A stretch of 35,024 nt of DNA, from contig JBBTED010000096.1 of assembly GCA_038042445.1 (NCBI GenBank), positions 1-35,024 of the forward strand, written 5' to 3'. The translations under genes and the position numbers were made by a program. The number at the start of each line of letters is the position of its first letter. Position 1 is the first letter of the stretch. Under the pieces are notes generated by a model. It did no database searches. It saw only the letters and a program-made list of their open reading frames with translations, and had not been told where the DNA came from. Below are positions 9,574 through 18,743 of this stretch, piece after piece. This stretch comes from Candidatus Firestoneibacteriota bacterium (lineage in GTDB: Bacteria; Oederibacteriota; D2-FULL-39-29; JBBTED01).

Positions 9574-10548
9574 ATGGCATCAATTGATATGCCTTTAGAG
9601 AAATTAAGAAAATATAAACCAATATTAACCGGCAAAAAAGATTTTTCATTGTTCTGGAAAAATACAATAAATGAAGCAAGAAAATATCCCGTAAATCCTG
9701 AGCTTAAATTAGTTAAAGATTCTCCATTTAAATATATGGAAGCGTATGATTTGACATTTGCAGGGTTCAATGGAGATAAGATAAAAGGCTGGTATTTATT
9801 GCCTAAATTTGTGAAAAAAGAAAAATTGCCTGTTGTTGTAATTTATCATGGATATAGTGGTGGAAGAGGACAAATTGCAGATTATTCCCAGTGGATATTG
9901 CTTGGCTGTGCAGTAGCTGTTATGGATACAAGAGGTCAGGGTGGAGCAACTGGCAATATGCTTGGTTATAGCAATCCTTCAGTTGGAGGATGGATGACAA
10001 AGGGAATACTTGATAAAAATGAATATTACTATAGAGCAGTATATACTGATGCAGTTCGTATTTTAGATTTTGTGTTTGAACAACCTGAAATAGATAAAAC
10101 TTGTGTTGCAATAACAGGTGGAAGTCAGGGTGGAGGAATTACAATTGCTGCAGCAGGTTTAGATAAAAGAATTACAATTGCAATTCCAATTATTCCATTT
10201 TTATGCCATTTTAAACGTGCTGTGGAAATATCTCCTAATGGACCTTATGTTGAAGTCGCTGAATATATTAAAAGATACCCACATTATATTGATAAAGTTT
10301 ATGACACACTTAGTTACTTTGATGGTATGAATTTTGCGGCTAATATAAAAGCACGTTCCTTGTGGTCAGTTACTTTGTGGGATGATATTTGTCCGCCATC
10401 AACTGTTTTTGCTGCATATAATAATGTAAAAACGAAAAAAGAAATTCGTGTATATCCTTATAATAAACATGAAGGCATTCCTTGGTTTGATGCTGAAAAA
10501 TTTAGAGTTATAGCACAGTGCTTTAAGTTAAAAAACAACAATCACTAA
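9574..10548 (+). CDS. Acetyl xylan esterase / cephalosporin C deacetylase (CE7, AXE1)
   Basis: CE7 signatures HGY, RGQ, GGSQGG, DDICPPSTVFAAYN, HE. Confidence 0.92.
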   Translation: MASIDMPLEKLRKYKPILTGKKDFSLFWKNTINEARKYPVNPELKLVKDSPFKYMEAYDLTFAGFNGDKIKGWYLLPKFVKKEKLPVVVIYHGYSGGRGQIADYSQWILLGCAVAVMDTRGQGGATGNMLGYSNPSVGGWMTKGILDKNEYYYRAVYTDAVRILDFVFEQPEIDKTCVAITGGSQGGGITIAAAGLDKRITIAIPIIPFLCHFKRAVEISPNGPYVEVAEYIKRYPHYIDKVYDTLSYFDGMNFAANIKARSLWSVTLWDDICPPSTVFAAYNNVKTKKEIRVYPYNKHEGIPWFDAEKFRVIAQCFKLKNNNH

Positions 10549-10559
10549 ATGTTGTAAGA

Positions 10560-10676
10560 TTATCCACTTTTACCACTACATATAGATATTAGAATTAAAC
10601 AATATATATAAGGACAAAACTGCAATTGTGGCAAGTATCAACACTTTATCCACAGGATACTATTGATGACTATTTT
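10560..10676. promoter_or_regulatory. Cluster of DnaA-box-like motifs (candidate origin unwinding module)
   Basis: TTATCCACT 10560-10568, TGTGGCAAG 10627-10635, GTATCAACA 10635-10643, perfect TTATCCACA 10646-10654 then GG-ATACTATTGATGACTATTTT. Confidence 0.45.
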
Positions 10677-11433
10677 AAATGCGATTATTCTTGGTATAGT
10701 TGAAGGAATAACTGAATTTTTGCCTGTATCATCTACAGGTCATCTTATTTTAACTGCTAATATTTTAAAAATTCAGGGGACAGAATTCATAAAAAGTTTT
10801 GAAATTGCTATACAAGTAGGAGCTATTTTATCAGTCGTTCTTTTATACTGGAAATCATTAGTATTTAATTTTGAAATATTGAAACGTGTCCTAACTGCTT
10901 TTATTCCAACTGCAGTAATAGGATTTGTTTTGTATAAATTAGTAAAAAGTTTATTATTAGGTAATGACAAAATTGTTCTATTTTCATTATTTTTCGGCGG
11001 GATTTTTTTGATTATTTTTGAATTACTGCATTATGAAAAGGAAACTGCAATAGAAAATATTTCAGATATATCTTATAAAAATGCATTTCTTATAGGTATT
11101 TTTCAATCACTTGCAATAATTCCAGGTATTTCAAGAGCAGCAGCTACTATTGTTGGTGGATTAATTCTTGGGCTCAAACGTAAAACAATAGTTGAATTTT
11201 CTTTTTTACTTGCAATTCCTACGATGTTAGCTGCTTCTGGTTTTGATTTGCTTAAGAGCGCTAACGCATTTTCCTGGGATCAACTTATTTTTCTCATAAC
11301 AGGATTTTTAACATCTTTTATTGTTGCACTTGTAAGTGTCCAATTTTTACTCTACTTCATAAAAAAGCACAATTTTATACTATTTGGATTTTACCGCATT
11401 ATTTTAGCTATTGTATTCTGGTTTTTTTGTTAA
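10666..11433 (+). CDS. uppP: Undecaprenyl-diphosphatase
   Basis: GIVEGITEFLPVSSTGHL and AIIPGISRAAATI motifs, EFSFLLAIP; hydrophobic membrane protein. Confidence 0.95.
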   Translation: MTILNAIILGIVEGITEFLPVSSTGHLILTANILKIQGTEFIKSFEIAIQVGAILSVVLLYWKSLVFNFEILKRVLTAFIPTAVIGFVLYKLVKSLLLGNDKIVLFSLFFGGIFLIIFELLHYEKETAIENISDISYKNAFLIGIFQSLAIIPGISRAAATIVGGLILGLKRKTIVEFSFLLAIPTMLAASGFDLLKSANAFSWDQLIFLITGFLTSFIVALVSVQFLLYFIKKHNFILFGFYRIILAIVFWFFC

Positions 11434-11480
11434 AATGGCAGTCCGCATAGGCGGATCAAACGCTACACGAAAAATCTTTA

Positions 11481-11607
11481 GAAATTCCCCAAAATGGTAT
11501 TTTTGCAGTTTTGTCATGCTGAATTCATTTCAGCATCTAATAAAATCAAAGGATTTTGAGACCCTGAAACAAGTTCAGGGTGACAAAAAGTCTATTTGGG
11601 GAATCCT
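11481..11607. mobile_element. Possible MITE-like composite: short inverted repeats around a family F palindrome pair
   Basis: ATTCCCCAAA / TTTGGGGAAT enclosing GTCATGCTGAATTCATTTCAGCATCT...AGACCCTGAAACAAGTTCAGGGTGAC (11513-11584); no clear target duplication. Confidence 0.5.
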
Positions 11608-11670
11608 GAAAAATCCTCTTGACTTTTACTAAAAAATTGGCTTTATTATTACAAGACGGAGGTATTAGAT

Positions 11671-12627
11671 ATGAAAAATATTAAAAGTATAATAATAACA
11701 GTAATATATATTTTACAAGCAGGTATATTATGGGCAGAACTTGATACAAAAGTGGGGACAACAGGAGCGTCATTTTTAAAAATAGGAGTGGGAGCAAGAG
11801 CATTAGCATTAGGAGAAAGTTTTGTAGCAGTAGCAGATGATGTAAATAGTTTATATTGGAATCCAGCAGGAATATCGCAGATTAAAACAAATGAGTTAAT
11901 GCTAATGCATAATGTATGGTTTATAGACACAAGTTATGAATATATAGGATTTGTATATCCGATGCAAGACAGAGCAATAGGAATAAGTGCAGGTTATTTA
12001 AATTTAGGAACAATAGAAGGTAAAGACAGTAATGACAATGTGATAAGCAGTTTCAAAGCTTATGATATGTATGTAGGTTTGAGTTATAGTGAAAGAATAG
12101 AAGTAGGATTAGAAGAAGAAGGTAGATTGCTGGTAGGTGGAACAGTAAAAGTGATACAAGAGAAAATAGAAGAGACAACAGCCACAGGATTTGGAGTAGA
12201 TATAGGAGGGTTATTTTGGTTGAGTGAAGAATTAAGTGTAGGAATGATAGTGCAAAATATAGGAACAAGTATGAAATATATAGAAGAAAAGAATTCTTTG
12301 CCAATGAATATAAAGGTAGGAGGAGCGTATAGATTATTAGAGGACAAGGAATTATTGGTAAGTGTAGATGTGAGCAAGCCGTTGGATAACAAAATGATAG
12401 CTGGCACAGGAGCAGAATACAAGTTATACGATAAGAGCTGGGGCGAGATGATGATAATATTTAGGGGAGGGTATAAATATCAAATAGGTGGAAATGATGA
12501 TATAGGATTAACAGGAGTATCAGGAGGTTTGGGATTTGTATATTCGTTAATAGAGGTAGATTATGCATTTGTGCCGTATGGTAGATTGGGTAATTCACAT
12601 AGGGTAGCATTAGTTGTGAAGTTTTAG
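11671..12627 (+). CDS. PorV/PorQ-family (UPF0164) outer-membrane beta-barrel
   Basis: Signal peptide; GASFLKIGVGARALALGESFVAVADDVNSLYWNPAG; C-terminal DYAFVPYGRLGNSHRVAL..KF. Confidence 0.88.
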   Translation: MKNIKSIIITVIYILQAGILWAELDTKVGTTGASFLKIGVGARALALGESFVAVADDVNSLYWNPAGISQIKTNELMLMHNVWFIDTSYEYIGFVYPMQDRAIGISAGYLNLGTIEGKDSNDNVISSFKAYDMYVGLSYSERIEVGLEEEGRLLVGGTVKVIQEKIEETTATGFGVDIGGLFWLSEELSVGMIVQNIGTSMKYIEEKNSLPMNIKVGGAYRLLEDKELLVSVDVSKPLDNKMIAGTGAEYKLYDKSWGEMMIIFRGGYKYQIGGNDDIGLTGVSGGLGFVYSLIEVDYAFVPYGRLGNSHRVALVVKF

Positions 12628-12631
12628 TTAA

Positions 12632-15600
12632 ATGAAAAGAAGTGAAATTTTAGATCTTCCGCAAATTTCTGTAGTGTCTGCTTCTGCAGGTTCAGGAAAA
12701 ACATATATCCTTGCAAAAAAATATATTAAACTTTTAATTAGTTCTACTTCAAAATCAGATGATGTATTTGCGTTGCAAAATATTTTAGCTATAACTTTTA
12801 CCAATAAAGCTGCTATTGAAATGAAAAATCGAATTCTTGATTTACTTAAAAAAATAGCGCTTGATAAGTTTGCGAATCCTGAGGAAAAAGCAGATATTCT
12901 ATTTTATTTATCTGTAGATGAACAATTTGCAAGGGTAAAAGCACAAAACATAATAAATTACATTGTCCGAAAGTATAATTTTTTTCAGGTGCAAACCATA
13001 GATAGTTTCGTAAATTCTGTTCTTTCAAGTTCTGCATTTAAACTTAGTCTTTCAGCAAATTTCAAAATAGAAGATAACTATCAGGATTATTTTGTTTATA
13101 GTCTTGATAAGCAAATTGACAAGGCAGGTATGGATAAAAAAGTTTTGAATATTTTTCATAGTTTCATAATGCAATATCTGCAAATTGAAAATAAAAAAGG
13201 GTGGTCTCCAAAAAATGATATACTGTCTATAATAAATACTTTATTTAAATCTACAAATACTTATGGAAAAGAATTTAAAAAAAACAAGTCCAATAATATT
13301 GATTTGGGGTACAAAAAAGAAAATGTTGTAAAGCTCATCCGGAAATTAAACGATAATTTGCCTGAAGGTATTCATAAAACATTTGAAAAAAGTTTAAACA
13401 AATATATAGAAAATAATTACAATAATTTCAGTATAGATGAAATGCCCGACTTTACGAAAGATAAAATTCCAGTCAGTATAAAAACAATAGTTCCTGATAA
13501 TATAGAAAAATTATGGCAGGATATACGTATAGGCATTGATGAAATATGTACAATGGAAGCAGGCAATATATTTGATTGCTATATTGATATTTTTGATATG
13601 GTAGCAGAAGATTTCAACTATTTATCAAAAAAGGATAATGTGTTGTTTCTTGAAGAGTTAAACAAAAAGGCAAAAGTTATTTTTGGTGATAAATTAACAA
13701 GTGTATCCGAATTATATTTAAGATTAGCTACACGTTTTAACCATTTTCTTATTGATGAATTTCAGGATACAAGCAAACTACAGTGGCAAAATTTATTTTT
13801 GATGATTGAAGAAGCACTTTCTACAGGCGGAACTTTGTTTTATGTTGGAGACAAAAAACAGGCAATTTACAGATTTAGAGGTGGTGAGATTTATTTGTTT
13901 GATGAAGCAAAAAAACAATTTAATGTTAAATCCCAAACAGAATTTTTAAGTAAGAATTTTCGCAGTCAGAAAGAAATCGTTGAATTTAATAACTGGATTT
14001 TTTCTAAGAAAAATTTGGAAAAATTTATTCTGGATTATAATACGCACAAAAAGAATATTTTGGATAATTCCGATATTAACAATATTATAAGTATATTTGA
14101 GGATTCCCAACAAACTTTTAAAAAAGAGAATATATGTGGATATGTGAGAATGGAGTCTATAGATGCGAAAAATATAGAAAAACGTAATGAAATTACAAAA
14201 GATAAAATTTTATATTGCTTAAGTGATTTAAAAAATAGATTCCAATATAAAGATATAGCAATACTCTTAAGAGAAAATAGCGATGTTGATACTTTAACCA
14301 GATGGCTTCTGGAAAAGAATATTCCAGTAGAATCTGACAAAACATTAAACATAAGAGAAAATCCACTTATAAAAGAATTGATTTCCTTTATGAAATTTTT
14401 AAATTCACCAATAGACAATCTTTCATTTGCTTCATTTATATTAGGCAATATTTTTACTGCAGTTTCAGGATTGAAAAAAGAAGATATACAAGGTTTTATT
14501 TTAAAATTTAGAAAGAAAGATATTTATCTATATAAAGAATTTCAGGCAAAACTTCCCGAAGTATGGGATAAATTTATAGACGAATTTTTTAAAAATGTTG
14601 GATTTATTCCTTTGTATGAATTTACTGTAAATATTATCAGCAAATTTGAAATACCGAAAAATTTTCCGAAATATCATGGATTTTTTATGAAATTACTTGA
14701 TCTTATAAAAAGTCAGGAAGAAGAAAATACAGGCATTTCTTCATTTCTGGAATATTTTGATAATGTAAAAGAAACAGATTTATATGTAAATGTAACAGAT
14801 GCTAATTCTGTTAAGATTTCTACAATTCATAAGTCAAAGGGTCTTGAATTCCTTGTTGTAATACTTCCATTTTTGGAAATGGATATTAAAGCAGGAACAA
14901 ATTCATTTATTGTTTCTTCTGAAACAGAGCAATTAGTTTTATTTAGTAACAAAAAGTCATATAGAGATTTTTCTATTTCTTTGAATGAAAAATACAAAGA
15001 AGAGTATAAACGTAGTTTTATTGATGAATTGAATAGTGTTTATGTGGCTTTTACAAGGGCAAAATATGAGCTACATATTTTTATCCCTGCAAAGTGTGGG
15101 AATAGTGATAATCCTGCAAAATTTCTAATACCAGATACTAATTTAGAAAGAGGGGCGAAAAAATGTTATGAAACCAATGACTTCATAAAAAAATCCGAGT
15201 TGATAAATTTACATTCTTTAAAGCACAAAAACTGGATGCATCTTTTAAAAAATGAATTTATCTATAGAGGAAACAAAGAAAATTTATTAAAAGGCGATAT
15301 ATTGCATTTTATTCTTTCATCAATTGGAAATTTGCACAATGAAGATAAGGTTCTAATAATTGAAGAAGCAATTAAAAAAGCAAAAATTAAATTTCCTTAT
15401 GCAAATAATTTTGAAGAATTTGAAGAAGTAATAAGAAAATTGATAGAAAAAGAATCATTCAAAAAGTTTTTCTTTGTAGAGGATGGTTATGTTTTTCAGG
15501 AAAAAGAAATTGTGAGTTCAACAGGAGATACAAAAAGAATAGATAGAATTATAATAAAACAAAATGAAATATGGATAATTGAATATAAAAGTTCTGAGAA

Positions 15601-15724
15601 AGAATTGCACAAAAAACAAGTTATGGAATATATAGATTTATTGAAAAATATTGATATTAGCAAAAAGATTCAGGCGTTTTTGGTATATCTTGATACCTTG
15701 AGTATGGAGGAAGTAAATGGATAG
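12632..15724 (+). CDS. AddA-like UvrD helicase with C-terminal PD-(D/E)XK nuclease
   Basis: ASAGSGKT, AITFTNKAA, IDEFQDTS..QW, VGDKKQAIYRFRGG, NFRS, TIHKSKGLEF, YVAFTRA; RIDR..IIEYKS. Confidence 0.9.
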   Translation: MKRSEILDLPQISVVSASAGSGKTYILAKKYIKLLISSTSKSDDVFALQNILAITFTNKAAIEMKNRILDLLKKIALDKFANPEEKADILFYLSVDEQFARVKAQNIINYIVRKYNFFQVQTIDSFVNSVLSSSAFKLSLSANFKIEDNYQDYFVYSLDKQIDKAGMDKKVLNIFHSFIMQYLQIENKKGWSPKNDILSIINTLFKSTNTYGKEFKKNKSNNIDLGYKKENVVKLIRKLNDNLPEGIHKTFEKSLNKYIENNYNNFSIDEMPDFTKDKIPVSIKTIVPDNIEKLWQDIRIGIDEICTMEAGNIFDCYIDIFDMVAEDFNYLSKKDNVLFLEELNKKAKVIFGDKLTSVSELYLRLATRFNHFLIDEFQDTSKLQWQNLFLMIEEALSTGGTLFYVGDKKQAIYRFRGGEIYLFDEAKKQFNVKSQTEFLSKNFRSQKEIVEFNNWIFSKKNLEKFILDYNTHKKNILDNSDINNIISIFEDSQQTFKKENICGYVRMESIDAKNIEKRNEITKDKILYCLSDLKNRFQYKDIAILLRENSDVDTLTRWLLEKNIPVESDKTLNIRENPLIKELISFMKFLNSPIDNLSFASFILGNIFTAVSGLKKEDIQGFILKFRKKDIYLYKEFQAKLPEVWDKFIDEFFKNVGFIPLYEFTVNIISKFEIPKNFPKYHGFFMKLLDLIKSQEEENTGISSFLEYFDNVKETDLYVNVTDANSVKISTIHKSKGLEFLVVILPFLEMDIKAGTNSFIVSSETEQLVLFSNKKSYRDFSISLNEKYKEEYKRSFIDELNSVYVAFTRAKYELHIFIPAKCGNSDNPAKFLIPDTNLERGAKKCYETNDFIKKSELINLHSLKHKNWMHLLKNEFIYRGNKENLLKGDILHFILSSIGNLHNEDKVLIIEEAIKKAKIKFPYANNFEEFEEVIRKLIEKESFKKFFFVEDGYVFQEKEIVSSTGDTKRIDRIIIKQNEIWIIEYKSSEKELHKKQVMEYIDLLKNIDISKKIQAFLVYLDTLSMEEVNG

Positions 15725-18599
15725 AATAATAACCTATTCATTTGAAGAGAATTTCATAGAGAATGTAGTATCTTTTGTTGAAGAAAACTATATAAAACAA
15801 AATAAAGACATAAGCAAATTAGCATTTGTATTTGGAGGGAAAAGACCATCGCTTTTTCTGAAAAAAGAGTTAGCAAAACGAATAAAGGGAAGTTTTTTCT
15901 CGCCTAAGTTTTTTTCAATTGATGAATTTATAGAGTATATTCTTTCCAAGAAAAATTCTTTCACAAAAATTTCAGATTTAGAATCTTGTTTTATTATCTA
16001 TAATTTGGCTAAAGATATTGCACCTGATATTTTAAATGGCAAAGAAAATTTTCCTCAATTTCTTCCCTGGGCATACGAAGTTCTGTCTTTTATCGAATTA
16101 TTAGATTTAGAAGATGTTAAATCTGATATTTTGAAGCAAGTTCAACATAGTGCAAAAATTGGTTATGATGTTCCTGAAAATATAAACACTTTATTGCAGA
16201 ATGTAAGTTTAATAAGAGATAAATACCATAATATACTAAAAAATAATAAGAATTATTCCAGAGGTTTGATTTACAATTTATCTGCCCAATATGTTAATGA
16301 TATTGACTTTAATGAATTTGATGAAATTTTATTTTGTAACTTCTTTTATCTTCATAAAACAGAAGAAAAAATACTAAAAAATATTTACAATAAGAATAAA
16401 GCAATTCTTCTGTTCCAGGGCGATGAAGATGAGTGGCCTATTTTAAAGAATATTTCAAAGAACTTTTTGTGTAAAATGACGCAAAGCGTCATTCCCGAAT
16501 GTTTCTATCGGGAATCCAAAAAGAGATTTCTAAATGCAAAATATACATTAAAAATTTATGCTGGTTTTGGTGTTCATTCGCAAGTTGCATTGACAGGAGA
16601 AATTCTAAAGAAAATAAAAAATATGGATAAAACTGTTATTATGTTGCCTAAAGCGGACAATCTAATACCTTTACTTTCTGAAATTTCATCACATATAGAT
16701 GAGTTTAATGTGTCATTAGGATACCCCTTGTCCAGAAGTTCTTTGTATTCACTTTTTAAATATTTATTTCAGGCGCAAAACACAAAAAAGAAAGATAAAT
16801 ATTATACAAAAGATTATTTAAAAGTATTAAATCACCCATTTAGTAAAAGCTTGAAACTTGTTTGTGATTCTTCAGTTACAAGAGTTCTTGTCCATAAGAT
16901 AGAGGAATTTATTCTTGGGATTGAAGAATCGCTATTTAGTGGAAGTGTATTTATTGACCCAAAGGAAATTGAAAATTTTGAAAAATTATATGATATTACA
17001 GCCAATACTTTAATTAAAATGAATATTGAAATAAGTGCTGAAGAATTAAAAAATACACTTAAAGAGTTACACAATATTTTATTTTATTCATGGGAAGATA
17101 TAAAAACCTTTTATAATTTTTCATTAAACCTTGAAAGATTTTTGAATGTTTTAATTGAAACATGTTCTTTTTTATCAATTGGTAGCTGGAACGATTTTCA
17201 ATTAAAAATCATTGAGCAGACATTTGTTATAAATGAAGAATTAAAAAATCTATCATTTAGTAAAGAATTATTTTTAAAAGATGAGATTTTTAAGATTTTT
17301 GAAGAAAGATTGGCAAGTGATCTAATTTCTTTTACTGGTTCTCCTGTTAAAGGGTTGCAGATTTTAGGATTATTTGAAACACGCTCTTTGAATTTTGAAA
17401 ATGTAATTGTTATGGATATGAATGAGGGGGTTTTGCCAAAATTAAAAAATTATGAACCTCTTATTCCAAGAGAAATAATGTTAATGTTGAATTTGGATAG
17501 ATATGAAAAAGAAGAAGAAATTCAGAGATACCAGTTTATGCGGCTTATTTCCTCTGCTAAAAATGTGCATTTAATATACGATGAAGGTAAAGATAAAGAA
17601 AAAAGTAGGTTTATAGAAGAACTTATCTGGAATAATCAAAAAGCATCTAATTCTTTAGATGTTTTGCCTGTTTCACGTGCAAATTTTAATGTTGAAATTC
17701 TACCTGAAAAAACTGATATAAAAAAATCTAAAGACGTTTTGAATTTATTAAAGGATTTTGAATATTCACCTACAAGTTTAAATACTTATGTCAATTGCCC
17801 GTTAAGATTTTATTATGCTTATGTTCTACGTCTAAAAGAAAAAGAAGATTTGTTAGATGAACCGGAAGGAGCGGATATAGGTAATTTTGTTCATAATTTA
17901 TTTGAAAATACATTTAAAGGTTTTATAGGCAAAAAACCTTATATTGATGAGAAATTTAAAATCCATTTTTTTTCTGAATTTGACAACGATTTTAAAGAAA
18001 AATTTGAAAAAAGAATGAAATCCGATGCATTCTTGCTTAAAGAAATACTGTTTTTTAGATTAAACAAATTTTTGGCTTATGAAACAAGAAGAGATGTTAA
18101 AGAAATTATAGGAATAGAGCAACAGTTTCGCGAGAAAATTAAATTAAATGACAATTCCTATATGTTTAATTGTAGAATTGACCGTATAGATAAACTTGAA
18201 GACGGAAGCATTTTAATTATTGATTACAAAACAGGCAGCGAAATCAGTAAGCCTAAAACAATAGATAAATTAGAATCTATGAAGGAATTTACGAGAACTA
18301 GCATAAAAGACTCAATAAAATCTTTTCAGCTACCTATATATTTTTATCTTGTAGAGAAATTACATAGTGATGCAGTAGTAAATGCAGCATTTTACAGTTT
18401 GAGAACTATAAGCCTAAATTATTTATATGATAAAGATAAAACAGATTATCCAGAATATAGAAGTAAATTTACCAATTTACTTATTAAATCTTTAGACTGT
18501 GTAATTAGTGAAATTTCAAATCCAGAATCCCCTTTCAAAGCAGATGATAGCAACACCCGCTATTGCGAGCATTGCCCCTACTTTTATCTATGCAGATAA
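15717..18599 (+). CDS. AddB-like PD-(D/E)XK nuclease with Fe-S staple cysteines
   Basis: Inactive-helicase-like body (GLQILGLFETRSL.F), SPTSLNTYVNCP.RFY, RIDRID..IIDYKTG, CEHCPYFYLC; overlaps the upstream gene by 8 nt. Confidence 0.88.
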   Translation: MDRIITYSFEENFIENVVSFVEENYIKQNKDISKLAFVFGGKRPSLFLKKELAKRIKGSFFSPKFFSIDEFIEYILSKKNSFTKISDLESCFIIYNLAKDIAPDILNGKENFPQFLPWAYEVLSFIELLDLEDVKSDILKQVQHSAKIGYDVPENINTLLQNVSLIRDKYHNILKNNKNYSRGLIYNLSAQYVNDIDFNEFDEILFCNFFYLHKTEEKILKNIYNKNKAILLFQGDEDEWPILKNISKNFLCKMTQSVIPECFYRESKKRFLNAKYTLKIYAGFGVHSQVALTGEILKKIKNMDKTVIMLPKADNLIPLLSEISSHIDEFNVSLGYPLSRSSLYSLFKYLFQAQNTKKKDKYYTKDYLKVLNHPFSKSLKLVCDSSVTRVLVHKIEEFILGIEESLFSGSVFIDPKEIENFEKLYDITANTLIKMNIEISAEELKNTLKELHNILFYSWEDIKTFYNFSLNLERFLNVLIETCSFLSIGSWNDFQLKIIEQTFVINEELKNLSFSKELFLKDEIFKIFEERLASDLISFTGSPVKGLQILGLFETRSLNFENVIVMDMNEGVLPKLKNYEPLIPREIMLMLNLDRYEKEEEIQRYQFMRLISSAKNVHLIYDEGKDKEKSRFIEELIWNNQKASNSLDVLPVSRANFNVEILPEKTDIKKSKDVLNLLKDFEYSPTSLNTYVNCPLRFYYAYVLRLKEKEDLLDEPEGADIGNFVHNLFENTFKGFIGKKPYIDEKFKIHFFSEFDNDFKEKFEKRMKSDAFLLKEILFFRLNKFLAYETRRDVKEIIGIEQQFREKIKLNDNSYMFNCRIDRIDKLEDGSILIIDYKTGSEISKPKTIDKLESMKEFTRTSIKDSIKSFQLPIYFYLVEKLHSDAVVNAAFYSLRTISLNYLYDKDKTDYPEYRSKFTNLLIKSLDCVISEISNPESPFKADDSNTRYCEHCPYFYLCR
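16476..16518. repeat. Family D palindrome plus ATGACGC-AAA-GCGTCAT hairpin, in frame inside AddB
   Basis: GTCATTCCCGAATGTTTCTATCGGGAATCCA encodes VIPECFYRES; related intergenic copy (reverse orientation) at 23632-23663. Confidence 0.85.
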
Positions 18600-18604
18600 A
18601 AAAT

Positions 18605-18644
18605 TTGACAAACCAGATATTTTCTAGTATACTATATATAGTAT
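18605..18644 (+). promoter_or_regulatory. Consensus sigma70 promoter with overlapping perfect 16-bp palindrome
   Basis: TTGACA(18605-10)-N17-TATACT(18628-33); ATACTATATATAGTAT at 18629-18644. Confidence 0.8.
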
Positions 18645-18705
18645 GATAAATATTCCAAAAGTCAAACACGTCTCAATACTCAATACTCAATACTCAATAC
18701 AATAA
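18643..18705 (+). CDS. Putative leaderless 20-aa leader peptide MINIPKVKHVSILNTQYSIQ
   Basis: ATG 9 nt after the -10 box; conserved in copy 2, where the only change is synonymous (CCA/CCT). Confidence 0.4.
   Translation: MINIPKVKHVSILNTQYSIQ
18672..18700 (+). repeat. Heptamer simple sequence repeat (CTCAATA)4
   Basis: Four perfect units inside the uORF. Confidence 0.95.
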
Positions 18706-18743
18706 GAAGTCTTTCTTCAAAAACTTTTTTCAAAAAACAAGGA

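Larger units (their letters stand above)
18601..18712 (+). repeat. 112-bp promoter/uORF/heptamer module, copy 1
   Basis: 106/112 identical to 34913-35024. Confidence 0.95.

Noticed and set aside
17149..17217. 12-bp inverted repeat TTTTAATTGAAA/TTTCAATTAAAA inside addB as an invertible segment
   Set aside because: Very AT-rich and plausibly a chance match in sequence of this composition; no recombinase nearby
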